This document shows positions 1 to 13,755 of a stretch of DNA of 64,000 nt, in pieces. Every line of letters starts with the position of its first letter. Within the stretch, counting starts at the first letter, position 1. This stretch comes from the human T2T-CHM13v2.0 reference genome, Homo sapiens. Location of the stretch: the NCBI RefSeq assembly GCF_009914755.1, contig NC_060938.1, one strand, 5' to 3'. The position numbers and the translations under genes are program-made. The notes beneath the pieces are model-generated. The model did no database searches. It had not been told where the DNA came from and was given only the letters and a program-made list of their open reading frames with translations.

Positions 1-289
1 GTAATCAGTACCATGGCTCCTTCTGTTCTATTTTCTATGACCACTTAATTGCTGTGGTGGTTTGGCCAAGGGAAGATGCCTACAGACTAAGTGGCTTGGC
101 TCTTATAATAATTCTTAATTATTATCAGTTGTTGCCTCCTGGTCCCCTGAGTGTAAATAAACAAAGGGTATAATGCTACTGATTGGAAAATCAGTGGTGA
201 AGTCATGTAGACAATGGTTGTTTCATCTTTGCATAGCCATCTGTGTATGCATGTGTTTCTGTACACGAGGTTTAGCAATCAGAGCTGCT

Positions 290-400
290 GAGCTCCTTAG
301 AAATCATTTAGTTCAACTTGTTCAGACCACAGATGAGGAAACTGAGGGTAGAGGAAAAATGTTCTTTGCTAGAGACCTCAGCTCGGAAGCTTTCACAACT
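290..400 (-). mobile_element. MIR/MIR3 fragment
   Basis: acagatgaggaaactgagg is the reverse complement of the MIR core. Confidence 0.55.
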
Positions 401-550
401 AACACTGACCGAGCATCCCAGGTTTGCATTCTGAGTACAAGGTCTTACAGGACAAGGTGTCCATTATGACTAGAAATTGACACATACAGGAAGCATTTAA
501 TAAATATTCTTCAACTGTGATTCTCATAATCTCACCACTGGGTAATAATA

Positions 551-580
551 TTACTGAACCTTACTGAACCTCACTGAACC
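551..580. repeat. 3 x 10-bp tandem repeat (ttactgaacc)
   Basis: ttactgaacc ttactgaacc tcactgaacc seen directly. Confidence 0.85.
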
Positions 581-618
581 ACATGCTTTTTTAACGGAGT
601 ATTGAAACGGGAAGGGAT

Positions 619-939
<321 letters not shown>

Positions 940-1148
940 TTAGGTTTGAGTGCTGTCAGCCACTCATATGAAGGAAAATAAAGAGAATACCAAAAGCATT
1001 CTTTTTTCTTTAAAGGCATTTATGTTTATATAAAGGCATTAAATTATACACAAGTATGTGTATATGCATATGCAGACTCCTAGAAAAACCAGAAGAAAAC
1101 AAAATTGACTCTTACCAAACCTCTATAGAAGGAAGAATTTCTATACTC

Positions 1149-1407
1149 AGAGGCATCATTACATAGGCATGATTGATTATACCACTGGCCATTGCTGATC
1201 AGCTTGGCCTTCAGCCCTTCTCCGTTCCCCAGAGGTTGGGGGTGGGGATAAAACTCCCAACCCTCTAATGCTGCCTTGGTCTTTCCAGTGACTCTGAACC
1301 TATCAGATGAAAAAACACACAATAGACAGCACTTTGAAGATTTCAAGTATTTTAGGCATTATGAGCTAGGAATGGTGGACGAAACCAATATATATAATAA
1401 CACCACA
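1149..1407 (-). mobile_element. LTR fragment, MER21-like
   Basis: ggcatgattgatta...ccttcagcccttctcc...cccaaccctctaat...gccttggtctttc resembles MER21 reverse strand; ends ...caccaca. Confidence 0.7.
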
Positions 1408-1720
1408 ACCGTACATAAATTTGATTTCTAAATTAATTTCAATAAAATTAAAGCACTATATTAGACAAAAAGTCAATAGTAACTTGTCTTCCCCTTTATT
1501 CCAGTAAGAATGTTTGGAATATAGTTCCTAGGAAATAAGAAAATTCAAATTACCACAGACATTACAGAGACATGTTAACAAACTTTTCAGAGAAATTATT
1601 CCATGCCAGGAGAAATTAGGAGTGCTTTTTTCCTTCACCAAGTAACAATTAGAATCTTGTGAGGTGGCCACTACCATAATCACCATTTTACATAGGGCAC
1701 CAAGAAAGTGAGTAACTTAT

Positions 1721-2038
<318 letters not shown>

Positions 2039-3644
2039 GAGTAACTTACTCAGATATCATATGTTTGGTAAGAATTTGAACCCTGGCTGTTCAGCTCTTG
2101 AATGGTGCTCTTAGACACTATGCCATGCAGTATCTTACTGACCTCTGAAGTGAGAAGGTCCTTGGATATCATTAGTACCAACTCCCATAAAGAGAAATAC
2201 AGAGAAGTTATGCAACTTGCTAAACACCACACAGCAAATTATCTAATAGGTGAACAAAGCGATATGCCTTAACAGGTTGTAATTTACAAACACTAAGAAA
2301 GATTAAAATGATTGCAAACAATCTTAGTTTATCTGCTTAATTTTGTTCCTAATATTAGATTTTTCTTTTTTCATTTTCTTAGAACCTATACTAAGAGAAA
2401 GGCATATTTCTGTGGTCTACAGAGAGCACTTACATCCCTGAAATCCTAGGGCTAGCAGATGTAAGCTCTTTCCTCTCAGTTCTATCAGAACCACGTTTCA
2501 ACCCAGGTGGGGAAACATCATCAGGGAAATGTCCTCATCAAAGCACCTACTGGGTGTGGCACTATCCCAGGCTTTGTAAAACATCGGACTCCAACAGAAC
2601 TCTCTGAACTACAGGAAAGCAGTATAAGAGTCAAAACAAAATAAAACCACTTGCCAACAGCAAGAAAGAAGCTCTGCGTATGCTTATTTTCTAATCTATC
2701 ACGAAGTCCAAAATAAACTCCAGGCTTCCTCATCACATCTGATATAGATTAAGGGAGTCAGATCTCTGTTGGGAGAGAAATGTTGGGAAAGCTCTACACC
2801 AAATAACTGGGCTAAATGACAAGAGAAAGTTCTACAAAATTATTCCCCCGAGCTACTGTGGCTTAGTCATGCCCAGTTTTTCAGTGTGCTACTTAGAGGT
2901 TTCTGGACCCATCTCATGGGATCAAAAAAGAAGGAAATGAGGTCCATATCAGACTGTGAAAATGACAGGATGTTGCCATTAAAATCATGGAAATAAATGC
3001 CCTCCCCATCCAGGACAGAAGCATCAGCCTGTCCTATAAGGCAAATACAGTGTCTGTCTTTTCTAAAGGAACCAGGACTCCCAGTGGCCCAGTTGTGACT
3101 AAACATCAGAAATAAATGATAACCAACAAAGTCTAAAGCAGAGATGAAGACAGTAAAAACTGGGATGTATGCATAATTGGAAGGAGGAGCAATTCTGCTT
3201 GTAGCAGCACAAACTGTTACCGCTGGACAGACTAAGTCATGAAATTTACAACTTAAAGCAAGAATCTCATATTAAAAAGCCAAACCTCAAATGGAGAAGG
3301 GAATTTCTAGTCTCATTTAAAATAAAAGGAGGAAAAATAACTTTTATTTGAACCGTATAGACAGGATTTTTTTTTTCTCTGTTTTTGGCTTTTTTACCTA
3401 CTAAAAGGCAGGACTAGTAGAAGTTATATTATTAACATTTTCTTTCATTCTATAAAATTGAAATGTCCTCAAATCTAGTGATTTACGATCATTTTAGACA
3501 AACACTGTTTTTTGAGATTGAAAAAAAATAAATGAGTGGATTTCTACAACATACCCACTAGCATGGCTCCCCCCCAAAAAAAGACTGGCTATATTAAGTG
3601 AAAGCTAGGATTTGGAGCAACCCTAACACTTACACATTTCAAGC

Positions 3645-4240
3645 ACAGTGTAAAATATTACAACCACTGGGAAAACTGTTGGCAGTTTCTGAAAAAATTA
3701 GGCATAACGTTCCCATAATGCAGCAATTCTACTCTGATCTGTGTACCTGGGAGAAATGAGCACATATGTTCACAAAGAATAATACTAGAATGTACAAAAC
3801 AACTTTATTCATAATAACCCAAAACTGGAAACAACCCAAATGTACATCAACAAGAGGATAAATTATGACATACCCATACAACAGAATACTGTCAGCAATT
3901 AAAAAGAAGCTATACTAACACATGAAACAATATGGATGAGTCTCAAAAACGTACTGAATGAAAGAAATCAAAACCTAAAAGAGTTAATATACACTCTGTG
4001 ATTCCACCTATTTGAACTTCAAGAACAGGCATAACTATGGTGATAAGAATCAGAATAATGTTTATTTCTGATGATAGGGGCTACTGACTGGAAAGGGGAA
4101 TAAAAGAGGTTCCTGGGATGATGGAAATGTTCTGTGTTTTGATCTGGATGGTGTTCAAATAGGTGTTCGCATATGTAAAATATCAAGCTGTACCCTTAAG
4201 ATGTGTGCATTTTACTGCATGTACATCATGCCTCAATGAA
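3645..4240 (+). mobile_element. Old L1 (L1M, L1ME/MC-like) ORF2 end and 3' UTR
   Basis: aaactggaaacaacccaaatgt, atggatgagtctcaaaaac, gatggaaatgttctg, cttaagatgtgtgcatttt motifs. Confidence 0.85.
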
Positions 4241-4607
4241 ATGAACGAATCAAAAGCATTTACTTTTCTTATTACAATAAATATTTTCCATTAATTTGAT
4301 ATCTGTATATCTGAAAGACAATTAAAAAATTTTAAGAAATGTAAGAAATTTAAGAAATACCTACTTTTTGCTAATGAAAGGATGAGTGCAATGATTTAGC
4401 TACAAGAATAGTCATCATAAAATGGTCTCTTCCAGGCAAAAATTAGAAAAACAGATTTAAATATCCAGTGATTGGGGACTAGTTGTGGGTATATTTATGT
4501 TAGAACTCCATGCCTGAACTAAATTAAAATGCTGTAGTAATATTTGCCATAGACATGGAATGATAAGATACAGCAAAAGAAAAAGCTGGATATAGAGTGT
4601 ATATGGT

Positions 4608-4692
4608 TGCTATGGACTGAATATTTGTCCCCCACCTCGCTCTCCAAGTCATATGTTGAAAGCAGTAATCCCTAGTAAGGCTATATTTGAGA
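4608..4692 (+). mobile_element. MLT1A/B LTR 5' fragment
   Basis: tgctatggactgaatatttgtcccc...catatgttgaa. Confidence 0.65.
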
Positions 4693-5619
4693 CTTGAGAC
4701 TTATTATTTTGCCTACCATAGATGCTTCGTTAAGTAACCTAAGAATGAGGACCACCTCATCACCTTTTGGGTAACATCACAACTCTACAGACAGACAGCT
4801 GATGACTGATTATCAAACATTCACTAACATATTAGAGCTTGATGATGTACTGAGTTACGTAAACTATTTGTCTCTTTCTTTCCATTAGTTTTGTAGCAGC
4901 CTTGGTTGTAGTCAATTAGGCCTATTTCCTAACAGAACAGAAAAATGTAAGAAAGTTAATCAGAAATAAAACCCCATAATATCTCCTAAAGTGAAGGGGG
5001 TTGATGAGATGGGTATAGCAGAGTTTCTAGGGATACTGCTTCATTTAAAACTTTTCTGTTCATAGGTCATTCCAATGGCTCTTTGTATAAATACCAGAGT
5101 AGTGGCAGGCCTTGGGTTAAATCTCTATATACAACAGGTGATCCATAGAATTTTACCAAGGACTATAATGAGTTATTTAAAATATTTTGCAATATATTTA
5201 TCTTTGAATAAGATTTCACACTTCATTTGAAGACTGGTGGATCTATGAAAGACAAGTACTAATCACACAGAGAAGTAGCTCACAACAAGCAACTTGTGAT
5301 CATTTAGCAGAGGATTAAAAAATCTTTTACTAACCAAGATTTCTTTATTGAATTCCTCTGAATTATCACATGTGCTTGAGGCTTTGCAGTGAAATTTCTG
5401 GATTTGTTAGAGCTCGCATTTTTGGTGTTTGCTTTTGATTTGATTATTCTCTGTTTTGTTTGTTTGTTTGTTTGTTTCATTGAGACAGTGGTGAGCATAT
5501 GCTGGATGATGTACTCTGAGAATCAAGATCACACAGGCATGGTTAGGTGTTTGAGCTCCTGTCTAAAAGCCTTCTCTTCTTTAACTGCCCAAGTACTTGG
5601 TCATTGTCTCTCTGATGGC

Positions 5620-5775
5620 CCTTGTCACTTACTGCTTTACATTACATGTATTTAACTTTATATTTTCTCTCTTCTATAGTGTAAGCCACTTAAGAACAGT
5701 GTTCATCTTGATTTTTTTAGTACTGCCTAACAGTCCCTTAAACAAAGTTCTTAATAAATATTTGTGGGATGAGTC
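5620..5775 (+). mobile_element. L2 3' end
   Basis: tgtaagcc...cttaataaatatttgtgggatga resembles the L2 terminus. Confidence 0.5.
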
Positions 5776-5949
5776 ACAACTGGTACATAACTGAAACTCC
5801 ACATTTTAAAATGCCTAACAGTTCACATAGAGACAGCCAGAATATCCAAGTGACATTTTGCCATTGTCAAAAAATAATCTACAAAATAATGCTATATTTT
5901 GTTATTTATAACTTAGGGATCTAACACAGATGGATAAAAAAGAATATGA

Positions 5950-6120
5950 ACTTAAAAACCCAGTTTAAAGCAAAACTTCACCATTCACTCCAGTTAAAAA
6001 CCTGTACAAATTACATAACAGTACTGAGTTTCAATTTTCTCATCTATAAAAATAGGGATATTACTTACATCACAGAATATTTGCTGGGATTAAGTGAGCG
6101 TTCTTGTGAAAGGGCATCTA
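5950..6120 (+). mobile_element. MIR
   Basis: tttcaattttctcatctataaaaataggg core. Confidence 0.6.
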
Positions 6121-6568
6121 CGTGTATACACTAGTTTTATCTTTCTGATTCTGCTCCTCCTTCCCATCCTGACCAAATCTTCATTTTCTTTGCTACATTT
6201 TAAGAGTTTGGCTGACCAAACCTGGACAGGTTTTGGTATAGTCCCTTTGGAGCAAGAATGATGACATTCAGTCACACAACTCAAGGGCTGGCTTCAGGGT
6301 ATAGGCAAAGATGTCAGAGGTTTGGCATCAGGAACATCGCTCTTGTGAGTGGCCTTGTCACTCGCTCATATGAGAACCAAAACAAGTAAGAAACTGAAGT
6401 AAAGTTATCTTCCCCGAATCCCACATCTCCAATTCAAGCACAGTCCCAAAGTCATTTTACAGATTTTATGTGAATAATATAGGTGAATACATCCAGCCAC
6501 AACTTCATATCTACGCGGTTAAGTCAATTACCCCATCTACGTTGACAGGGAACCAATGTTCTAATATA

Positions 6569-6694
6569 TTAGGTTGGTGCAAAAGTAACTCTGGGTTCTG
6601 CCATTAAAAGTAACGGGTATAGTTCTAGGAAATTATTTTTTTGTAGAATATTACTTTTAATGGCGAACCCGCAATTACTTTTGCGCCAACCTAA
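6569..6694. mobile_element. MADE1 (Hsmar1-derived MITE) with expanded centre
   Basis: TIRs ttaggttggtgcaaaagtaa / ttacttttgcgccaacctaa; TA target duplication at 6567-68 and 6695-96. Confidence 0.9.
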
Positions 6695-6709
6695 TACCTA
6701 TTATATATC

Positions 6710-7088
6710 TGTTCTGGACTAAAGTGTGTCCCCCCAAAAATTCAGCCTTTGAAGCTTTAGCATCCAATGTGACCGCATTTGGAGATAGGGCCTTTAAAAA
6801 GGTAATATTAATTGAGGTCCATAAGGATGGGGTCCTAATCCAATAGGAATGATATCCTTGTAAGAGGAGGGAAAGATACCAGGAGTGCATGACCACAGAG
6901 GAAAGGGCATGTGAGGACACAGCACAAAGGCAGCAGTCTACAAGCCAGGAAGAAAGTCCTCTAGAAATCATCCCCACCAGCACCCTGACCTTGGACTTCC
7001 AGCCTCCAGAACTGGAAGAAAAATTTCTGTTGTTTAAGCCATCCAATCTGTGGTATTCTGGATATGGCAGCCGTAGCAGATGAATACA
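6710..7088 (+). mobile_element. MLT1B-like solo LTR (ERVL-MaLR)
   Basis: tgt...tgtgtcccccaaaa start; ttggacttccagcctccagaact, tgttgtttaagcca; ends aataca. Confidence 0.9.
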
Positions 7089-7184
7089 GCATTCAAAGCA
7101 GTTCTATTTGATTAGAGAAAATTAGATTTGATTAGAAAATTACCATCTCATTCAAATATTGGTTATTAGAAAGGATGTTGAAAG

Positions 7185-7310
7185 ACCCCAGGATGAGAGT
7201 TCAGGACTTGGGTTTGCTACTAGTGACAATGTGGCCTTGGGTAAATAATTTAATCTCTTTGTATCTAAGTTTCTCATATATATAGGTATCCTTTCCAAAT
7301 AGAAAATTCT
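7185..7310 (+). mobile_element. MIR/MIR3 fragment
   Basis: tgtggccttgggtaaataatttaatctctttgtatctaagtttctcat core. Confidence 0.6.
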
Positions 7311-7464
7311 GTTTTATTTGAATCTTCCATGGTTTGTATAAGTTTTTCACTGGAGACCAGAAGAGGGACAGGATAGAACCATCTCAAATAGGATTCATTC
7401 AGACTTATCCATGCTTTTGGGCTGTTTATTCCAAAGTCCCTATCATGTCTTAAATGTTAAGAGA

Positions 7465-7670
7465 CTTCAGTTCAAATCTCAGGATGGCCTTTACACAAGA
7501 TACCCTCAGGTCAGGTTGTGTACATCATCAAAACTTCAGTTTGCTCATCAGTAAAATAGGCTTGTAATACCTACTTACAGGAGTGTTATATTGTTATTTA
7601 GGAGGAACATGAGAAAGTTGTTGCAAAGTGCCTGGAATGCAGCAGATGTTTAAAATGTTTGTTGAATTTG
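7465..7670 (+). mobile_element. MIR
   Basis: ttcagtttgctcatcagtaaaatagg...atacctac core and tail. Confidence 0.6.
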
Positions 7671-9156
7671 GGTCTTTCTGCGCACTCTTCACCCTCAGAT
7701 TCTGGTCCTTTGCTCTCCTATTCCTGCCTGTCTAACAAAGAAAACCTTGGGAATCTATAGGAAGCCTGCTATTCAGACCTAAAAATAACATGCAATCTGT
7801 GGCTCTGTGACCTATGTAGCAAAAACTGCCAAAGGAGGAAGAGGACCATGAGGTTAGTTGTCTCGATCCAGTTCTGCATATTGTACAATCCTCTCTAAGC
7901 TGGACTCACCTTCATTTCTAAAATGCTGTCTTTCATTTACTTCAACAAATGAATACATAAGACATTTTATGTGTCAGTTCCTACCTAAACAAAACCTTCC
8001 AGGGATACACAATGTAAGACCAAGATAGGATGTACTTGTAGTTGAAGCTCACAGAACTTTTCCCTTCCACACCTGTGCACCTGCATGCACATCTTTTACA
8101 GAATATGGTGTCAAGATATAATGGGAGATAAATTGTGGGCCACAGAAATCATCTTATCCATTGTAATAAGTAGTAGTTATAGAAACCTGAGGGTACAAAC
8201 TTTGAGTAGAAAAAAAGACATGCAGGAATACACATAGAATACTCAATCAAACATCTCTAATTGTTATCATTTGTTAATGATTTAATTTCCCTAGGTCAAT
8301 GCATCTTGATTAAATATTTGTTTCCCATCCAAATAATTAGGTTTTTTAAAAATCATTTTCATCCCTTAATTTTTTAAAAGGGTCTTAGAATGCTCTCTAT
8401 TTTTTCTCAATCCAAGCCTTACTACTACAAAATGAATGATATTATGTGTTACTTTTCAATTTACATATAAATTTACCCTATAGGCTAAAAATATGCAGGG
8501 TTAAAGACATATTAATGATATTCTACAATGCAAAAAAATTTAAAACTCAGATAGGTGTATGGCATGCATTTTACTTAAGTCTTTTATACGAGGCCATTTT
8601 AATAATTTTTTATATAGTTCAATTCAATCAATAGGCCAGAAATAGTCACTGTCTCAACTGACATTGATGATGATCATCTGTGTGCAGAAAATATATTTAG
8701 CTTCCTATGTTTGGGGAATTTCAAATGCAGAGTACTGTATATTTTAGCAATGTTCCTTTAAAGAAAACTGTTATTTTTAAACTCATTTGACTGAGATATT
8801 TTAAAGGATTGTTTTGTTATGAAATCTAACCTGAGAATGCGACATGCATAACAAATTTTCATTTAAAGCTGAAGGAAAATGAAGGATAGTGCTGAATTGC
8901 AAGTTGTCCATATCAAGTGGTTCCCTCACTACCGGCAATATTGCTAAGTCAAATTTCTAAGCTGGCAGTTGACTTTTTACTTTTTCTGTATAGTAAATTG
9001 ATGTAGTAGGAAAATATCAGGTCAAGGAGATGAGTTGTCTACTTCACTATGCCCTCTAAGAGGAAAAACAAAGAAAGCAGAAACTACTCAATGAACAATA
9101 AAGATACAGATTTGGAAGCATTTAAAAAACAAGTTTAGAAATATACAAACAGTACT

Positions 9157-9533
9157 ATCATTCGTATGTGGGAACTAAAAAAAAGTGGATCTCATGGAGG
9201 TAGAAAGTAAAATTGTGGTTAACAAAAGCTGGGAAGTGTAGGGGGAAAAGGGGAATAAAGAAGAATAAGAGTTGGTTATGAGTACAAAAATACAGTTGGA
9301 AGGAATATGTTCTAGTGTTTTATAAACAATAGGGTGACTATAGATGTCAATAATTTATGTATATTTCAAAATAGCTAGAAGAAAAAATTTGTGATGTTCT
9401 CAACACGAATAATAAATGCTGGAGGTGATGCATATCCTAATTACTCGGATTTAATCATTACATATTGTACACAGGCATCAATATAACACATACCCCAGAA
9501 ATCTATATAGTCATTATGTGTCAATAAAAAATA
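9157..9533 (+). mobile_element. L1MA-type 3' UTR fragment
   Basis: gatctcatggaggtaga, atatttcaaaatagctagaaga, ggtgatg.atatcctaattac, tgtcaataaaaa. Confidence 0.85.
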
Positions 9534-10054
9534 AACAAGTGAAAGGATATACATGCAGGTATGAAATTTTTATTTAGAAATTTATAAAAGGGGAAATTGC
9601 TTCCATTATAATGTACAGTGCAAAGAGCATTAAAAGAGCATTATTAAAGTACACAGTTGTCTATATATCACCTCAATTATATAAAAATGTCTTATGGGTA
9701 TTAGAAAAGATTGGAAAAACACACCAACATGTTAGCATTTTGAAATCAGAATTGCCATGAGAGAGTCTTTGAATTTTATGTGGCTTCTCTTCTTTTCCAT
9801 ACTTTTTAATTTATTTTCTTCTTTTGTGGCTGATTACTCACAGATTTAATTTCTTAAGAATAAAAATATATAGCCTTTTAATAAGCATTTAAAAAAATCT
9901 TATAACAAGTAGTTACACTGAATTCTACTTGTATTTGAAGGGACAATGTTGATAACATTCTGTCCATGAAAGAGACACTGATATTAGTTCCTCTTTTTAA
10001 AAGTTTTTTTTCCTTTTTTTTTTAACCAAACCCTTGTTTTCCATTTCCTCTGCA

Positions 10055-10880
10055 AGGTGCTCCTCCTCCTCTCTTAGATTGCTAAATGTTGAGCATCCCA
10101 GGTCTCTGTCTTGGCTACACTTTCTTCCTGGGTCATCTTAACCATCCAGAGCATCACTTCAAACACCACTTCAAAGCTAAGGAACCCCAAATCTGTATCT
10201 CACGCCCACAGCAACTCCCTGAGTTCCAGGTTGCAACCCCTAAGCAATGACCCCATTTGGGTGTCTGTAACAGGCCTCTCAAGATAACATGGCCTAACAG
10301 CATCAATGATTTGCTACCTCCTCTGTCTCCTAGTCTTTGCTAATCCACACCTCCTTAAGTCTTTCGTCTTTACAATAAATAGTATCACCACTCAGCTGGG
10401 TACACTGAAGACCTAGAAATTATCCTTGATTTCATTATTTTCCTTACCATCTTACCCAACTCTATCTTTTAGCACTACTTAGCGCTCTACATATATCCTG
10501 AATACAACACTGGTCCCCACTTCTGTGCTTTCACTTGGCCCAAGACACCATCACATTGCCACTGGACCTCTGCACAAGCCTCCTAAGTGGTATACACGCT
10601 GATCCCATTTGCTTTCATAAGAGCCAGAATGTAAAACATACCATGGCATGTCTTTGCTTAAAAACTGCCTCCCATGTACTACAATGTGTATAGAAGCTCC
10701 AGATCATGGCTGTTGACAAGGCCTTATAGGGTCTGGGCCCACTACCCCTTCAATCTTGTTTCTTCTCCACGTCCACTGTGCTCTAGACATGCTGACCTTT
10801 CTTTGGTTCCTCAATTGCATCAAACATTTTGTGCTTTTTGTCCCATCTGCCTGGAAAGCTCTTTCTCAGGTCTTCCTCCA
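10055..10880 (+). mobile_element. L2 fragment
   Basis: ccccaaatctgtatctc, atccttgatt.c, cctcctaagtgg, tttgcttaaaa..gcctccc, ctgcctggaa L2 motifs. Confidence 0.75.
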
Positions 10881-11559
10881 CAAATGGTCCTTCCCCTACA
10901 ACTGAGACCAAAACAGAACCGAAACTTGTCCCAATTTCCTCATAAGGCTTGTGTTGCTCCAGGAACACCAGACTAGCAGCAGCTTTCAGGAGCTCCAACA
11001 GCCCTCAAGCAGTCAGAGGCTCGGCTGAGCTGCAGCATTCACAAAAAAGGCTGGTTATTCCTTGTGGTCAGGTTCCACATCAGGCAAACCCCATCACCCA
11101 CCAGCAGCTAAACTCTAGATTACACAGCTCAAGGACAAGTTAATGGGATTTGGCAGAACATTAAAGAAGAGAAGAAACTACAAAAGAAAAATGCACTGAA
11201 AATAGAAATAGGTAAAATACACAGTAGTAAAATTTGTGCCAGCTAAATACATCAAACCATATTTACATTTCTGTGTTATCTTTAGGGATAAGCAGGAAAG
11301 AAGACACAGAGTCACTGACGTATTTCTAAATTTGTTCGAATCTGCATTTGACTTTACCTTCAGCATTCTTGAAAGATCAGAATATGAACATCTATAGAAT
11401 CAAAGGTGCTACACATTGGCACATAAGCCTGCCCTTGAATAAGGTCAACTTACAAACTTTAGGTTTGCGAGTCAGAACCCCTTTCACAGGGGCACTCCAG
11501 CCCCAGCAGCACGTCATGCGTGGAGCGCTTTCCAGTTCACACCAGCCAATCCACATGAG

Positions 11560-11700
11560 CCTCTGTGGTTCTCACAACAACCTAGATATTTTCCCCTTAT
11601 TTTACAGATGTGGGAACTAATGTCCAGGGATTAACTGCAATTTGGTCAAAGAATCAATTATAAAGTAAGACTAAAGTCTGTTCTTCTCAGTCCTAGCACT
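11560..11700 (-). mobile_element. MIR fragment
   Basis: ctcacaacaacc...attttacagatgtgggaact. Confidence 0.6.
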
Positions 11701-11719
11701 TTAGAAAATAAAACTGTTA

Positions 11720-12058
<339 letters not shown>

Positions 12059-12084
12059 ACTAAAATAAAATTTATCATACCTGG

Positions 12085-12250
12085 TAAGTACAATGCTCCG
12101 GAATCTAGGAGATATGCTAGACCTGGCCCTGCCACCAACTAGCAAGTATGACCTTGAGTGAGTCACCTTAATTTGGGCCGTAGTTTCCTCATGTGTAAAA
12201 ATAGGTATAATCACATCTGCTCAGCTCTACCACAGGATTGTTTTAAGGAG
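12085..12250 (+). mobile_element. MIR
   Basis: ctgccaccaactagc...tgaccttg...gtttcctcatgtgtaaaaatagg. Confidence 0.75.
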
Positions 12251-12264
12251 CAGTTGAGACCTCT

Positions 12265-12690
12265 GATCACACCTCCTACCACTTGTCCCAGGTCACCGCA
12301 CCCATCCACACTGGCCTCACAGCTCTCCTCAGGTGAAGCACACGCCCGCTTCAGGACCTGTGCTTGCTCTTCTCTTGATATCCACAGCTTGCCTCTCACT
12401 TGCTTCATGCCACTGCTCACATGGCCCCATGTTAGAGGGGCCTTCACTGACTACTCTCAGTAAAACAGCAACCCTGCCCCCAATCTACACTCCTTTTTCA
12501 TCTATGTTGTTTTATAGTTAGTTAACATATTTCTTCTCCATTTGATGTATTTGTCTCCTCACAATTGGATTACAAATTTCATTAAAGCCAGAGTTTTTGC
12601 CTTTGTTGTTCATTGCCTGGTATCCCTGCAGCCTGCTGCAGTGACTGACACAGAGCATACCCTTTAAACAATCATCTAATAAATGGATGA
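12265..12690 (+). mobile_element. L2 3' portion
   Basis: cacactggcct, tcaggacctgtgc, gccttcactgac and terminal aataaatggatgaa. Confidence 0.65.
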
Positions 12691-13264
12691 AAAATGGAAC
12701 ACACCACTTACATGAATAAATGTATTGTGATTATCATCTTCTAGTCCCTTCTGGGACTGTCTACCATAAGAGAGGTTAGGTATGGTATGCTCGGTCTTAA
12801 AATCAATATCTTTAAGCAGGATGAACTTTGCAACTCACAATGTTACATAGCCTAGCAGGTCACAGGACTAGAAAACACATGTATGTATATGATAATTAGC
12901 TACTAAGACCTAAGTTTAACAAGATAAATCCTAGCAAAGCCCTCAAATCTTCTACTTCTAACTCTACTGCTAATATCAGAGATGTTAAAACAACCACTAC
13001 CACGCAGAATTGCTATGGCTGTGAAAATGTCAGAGAGTAAAAACAAAACACCTCACAACAGAGGAGCCTCTAACAGACAAAGTGTTCCTAAACAACCCAG
13101 TGGCCACTTGTGAGGAGAAAAGAAGGGAAAAGAATGGAACGGTGGTGGTATGGTTTTAGCTGTTATCTGTAACATTAAAAGAGAGAGAAGGAAGAAATCT
13201 AGCAAAACATTAAAGCTCGATATGCTTTTCTATAGGTTTGAACTATTTCATAATTAAGAAAACA

Positions 13265-13560
13265 GGCTAGGTGCATTGGCTCACACCTGTAACCCCAGCA
13301 CTTTGGGATGCCAAGGTGAGAGGATCACTTGAGCCCAGGACTTTGAGACCAACCTGGGCAACATAGTGAGACTTTGTCTCTACAAAAACAAACAAAAAAC
13401 AAAAAAAAATTATCCAGGCATACTGGCACATACCCATGGTCCCAGCTACTCAGGAGACTGAGGCAGGAGGATCATTTGAGCCCGGGAGGTCAAGGCTGCA
13501 GCAAGCCATGTTTGTGCTACTGCACTCCAGCCTGGACAATAGAACAAGACCCTGCCTCAA
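13265..13560 (+). mobile_element. AluJ (Jb/Jo-like), full length
   Basis: gatcacttgagcccagg, caacatagtgagac, gtcaaggctgcag AluJ features. Confidence 0.9.
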
Positions 13561-13755
13561 AGAAGGAACGAAGGAAGGGAAAGAAGGGAAAGAAAGAAGA
13601 GAGAGAGAGAGAGAGAAAGGAAAGAAAGGAAAGGAAGAAGAAGGAAAGGAAGGAAAGAAAGAAACCAAGCAGGAGGATGTCCAAAGAAAGAAATCAAGCA
13701 GGAGGATGTCCAAAGAAAGAAAGAAAGAAAGAAAGAAACCAAGCAGGACGATGTC
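13559..13755 (+). repeat. Purine-rich (GAAA/GGAA/GA)n tract from the Alu tail, with 3 copies of gaaaycaagcaggasgatgtc
   Basis: Copies at 13661-13682, 13690-13711 and 13735-13755 separated by GAAA units. Confidence 0.9.

Noticed and set aside
2434-2608. - strand pseudo-exon with good acceptor and GAT|GTAAGT donor (175 nt)
   Set aside because: Stops in all three frames and no supporting evidence; only RNA data could rescue it as a non-coding or poison exon.
13661-13755. Repeat-spacer pattern superficially like a CRISPR array
   Set aside because: Spacers are GAAA microsatellite units, there are only three copies, the DNA is human and there are no cas genes.
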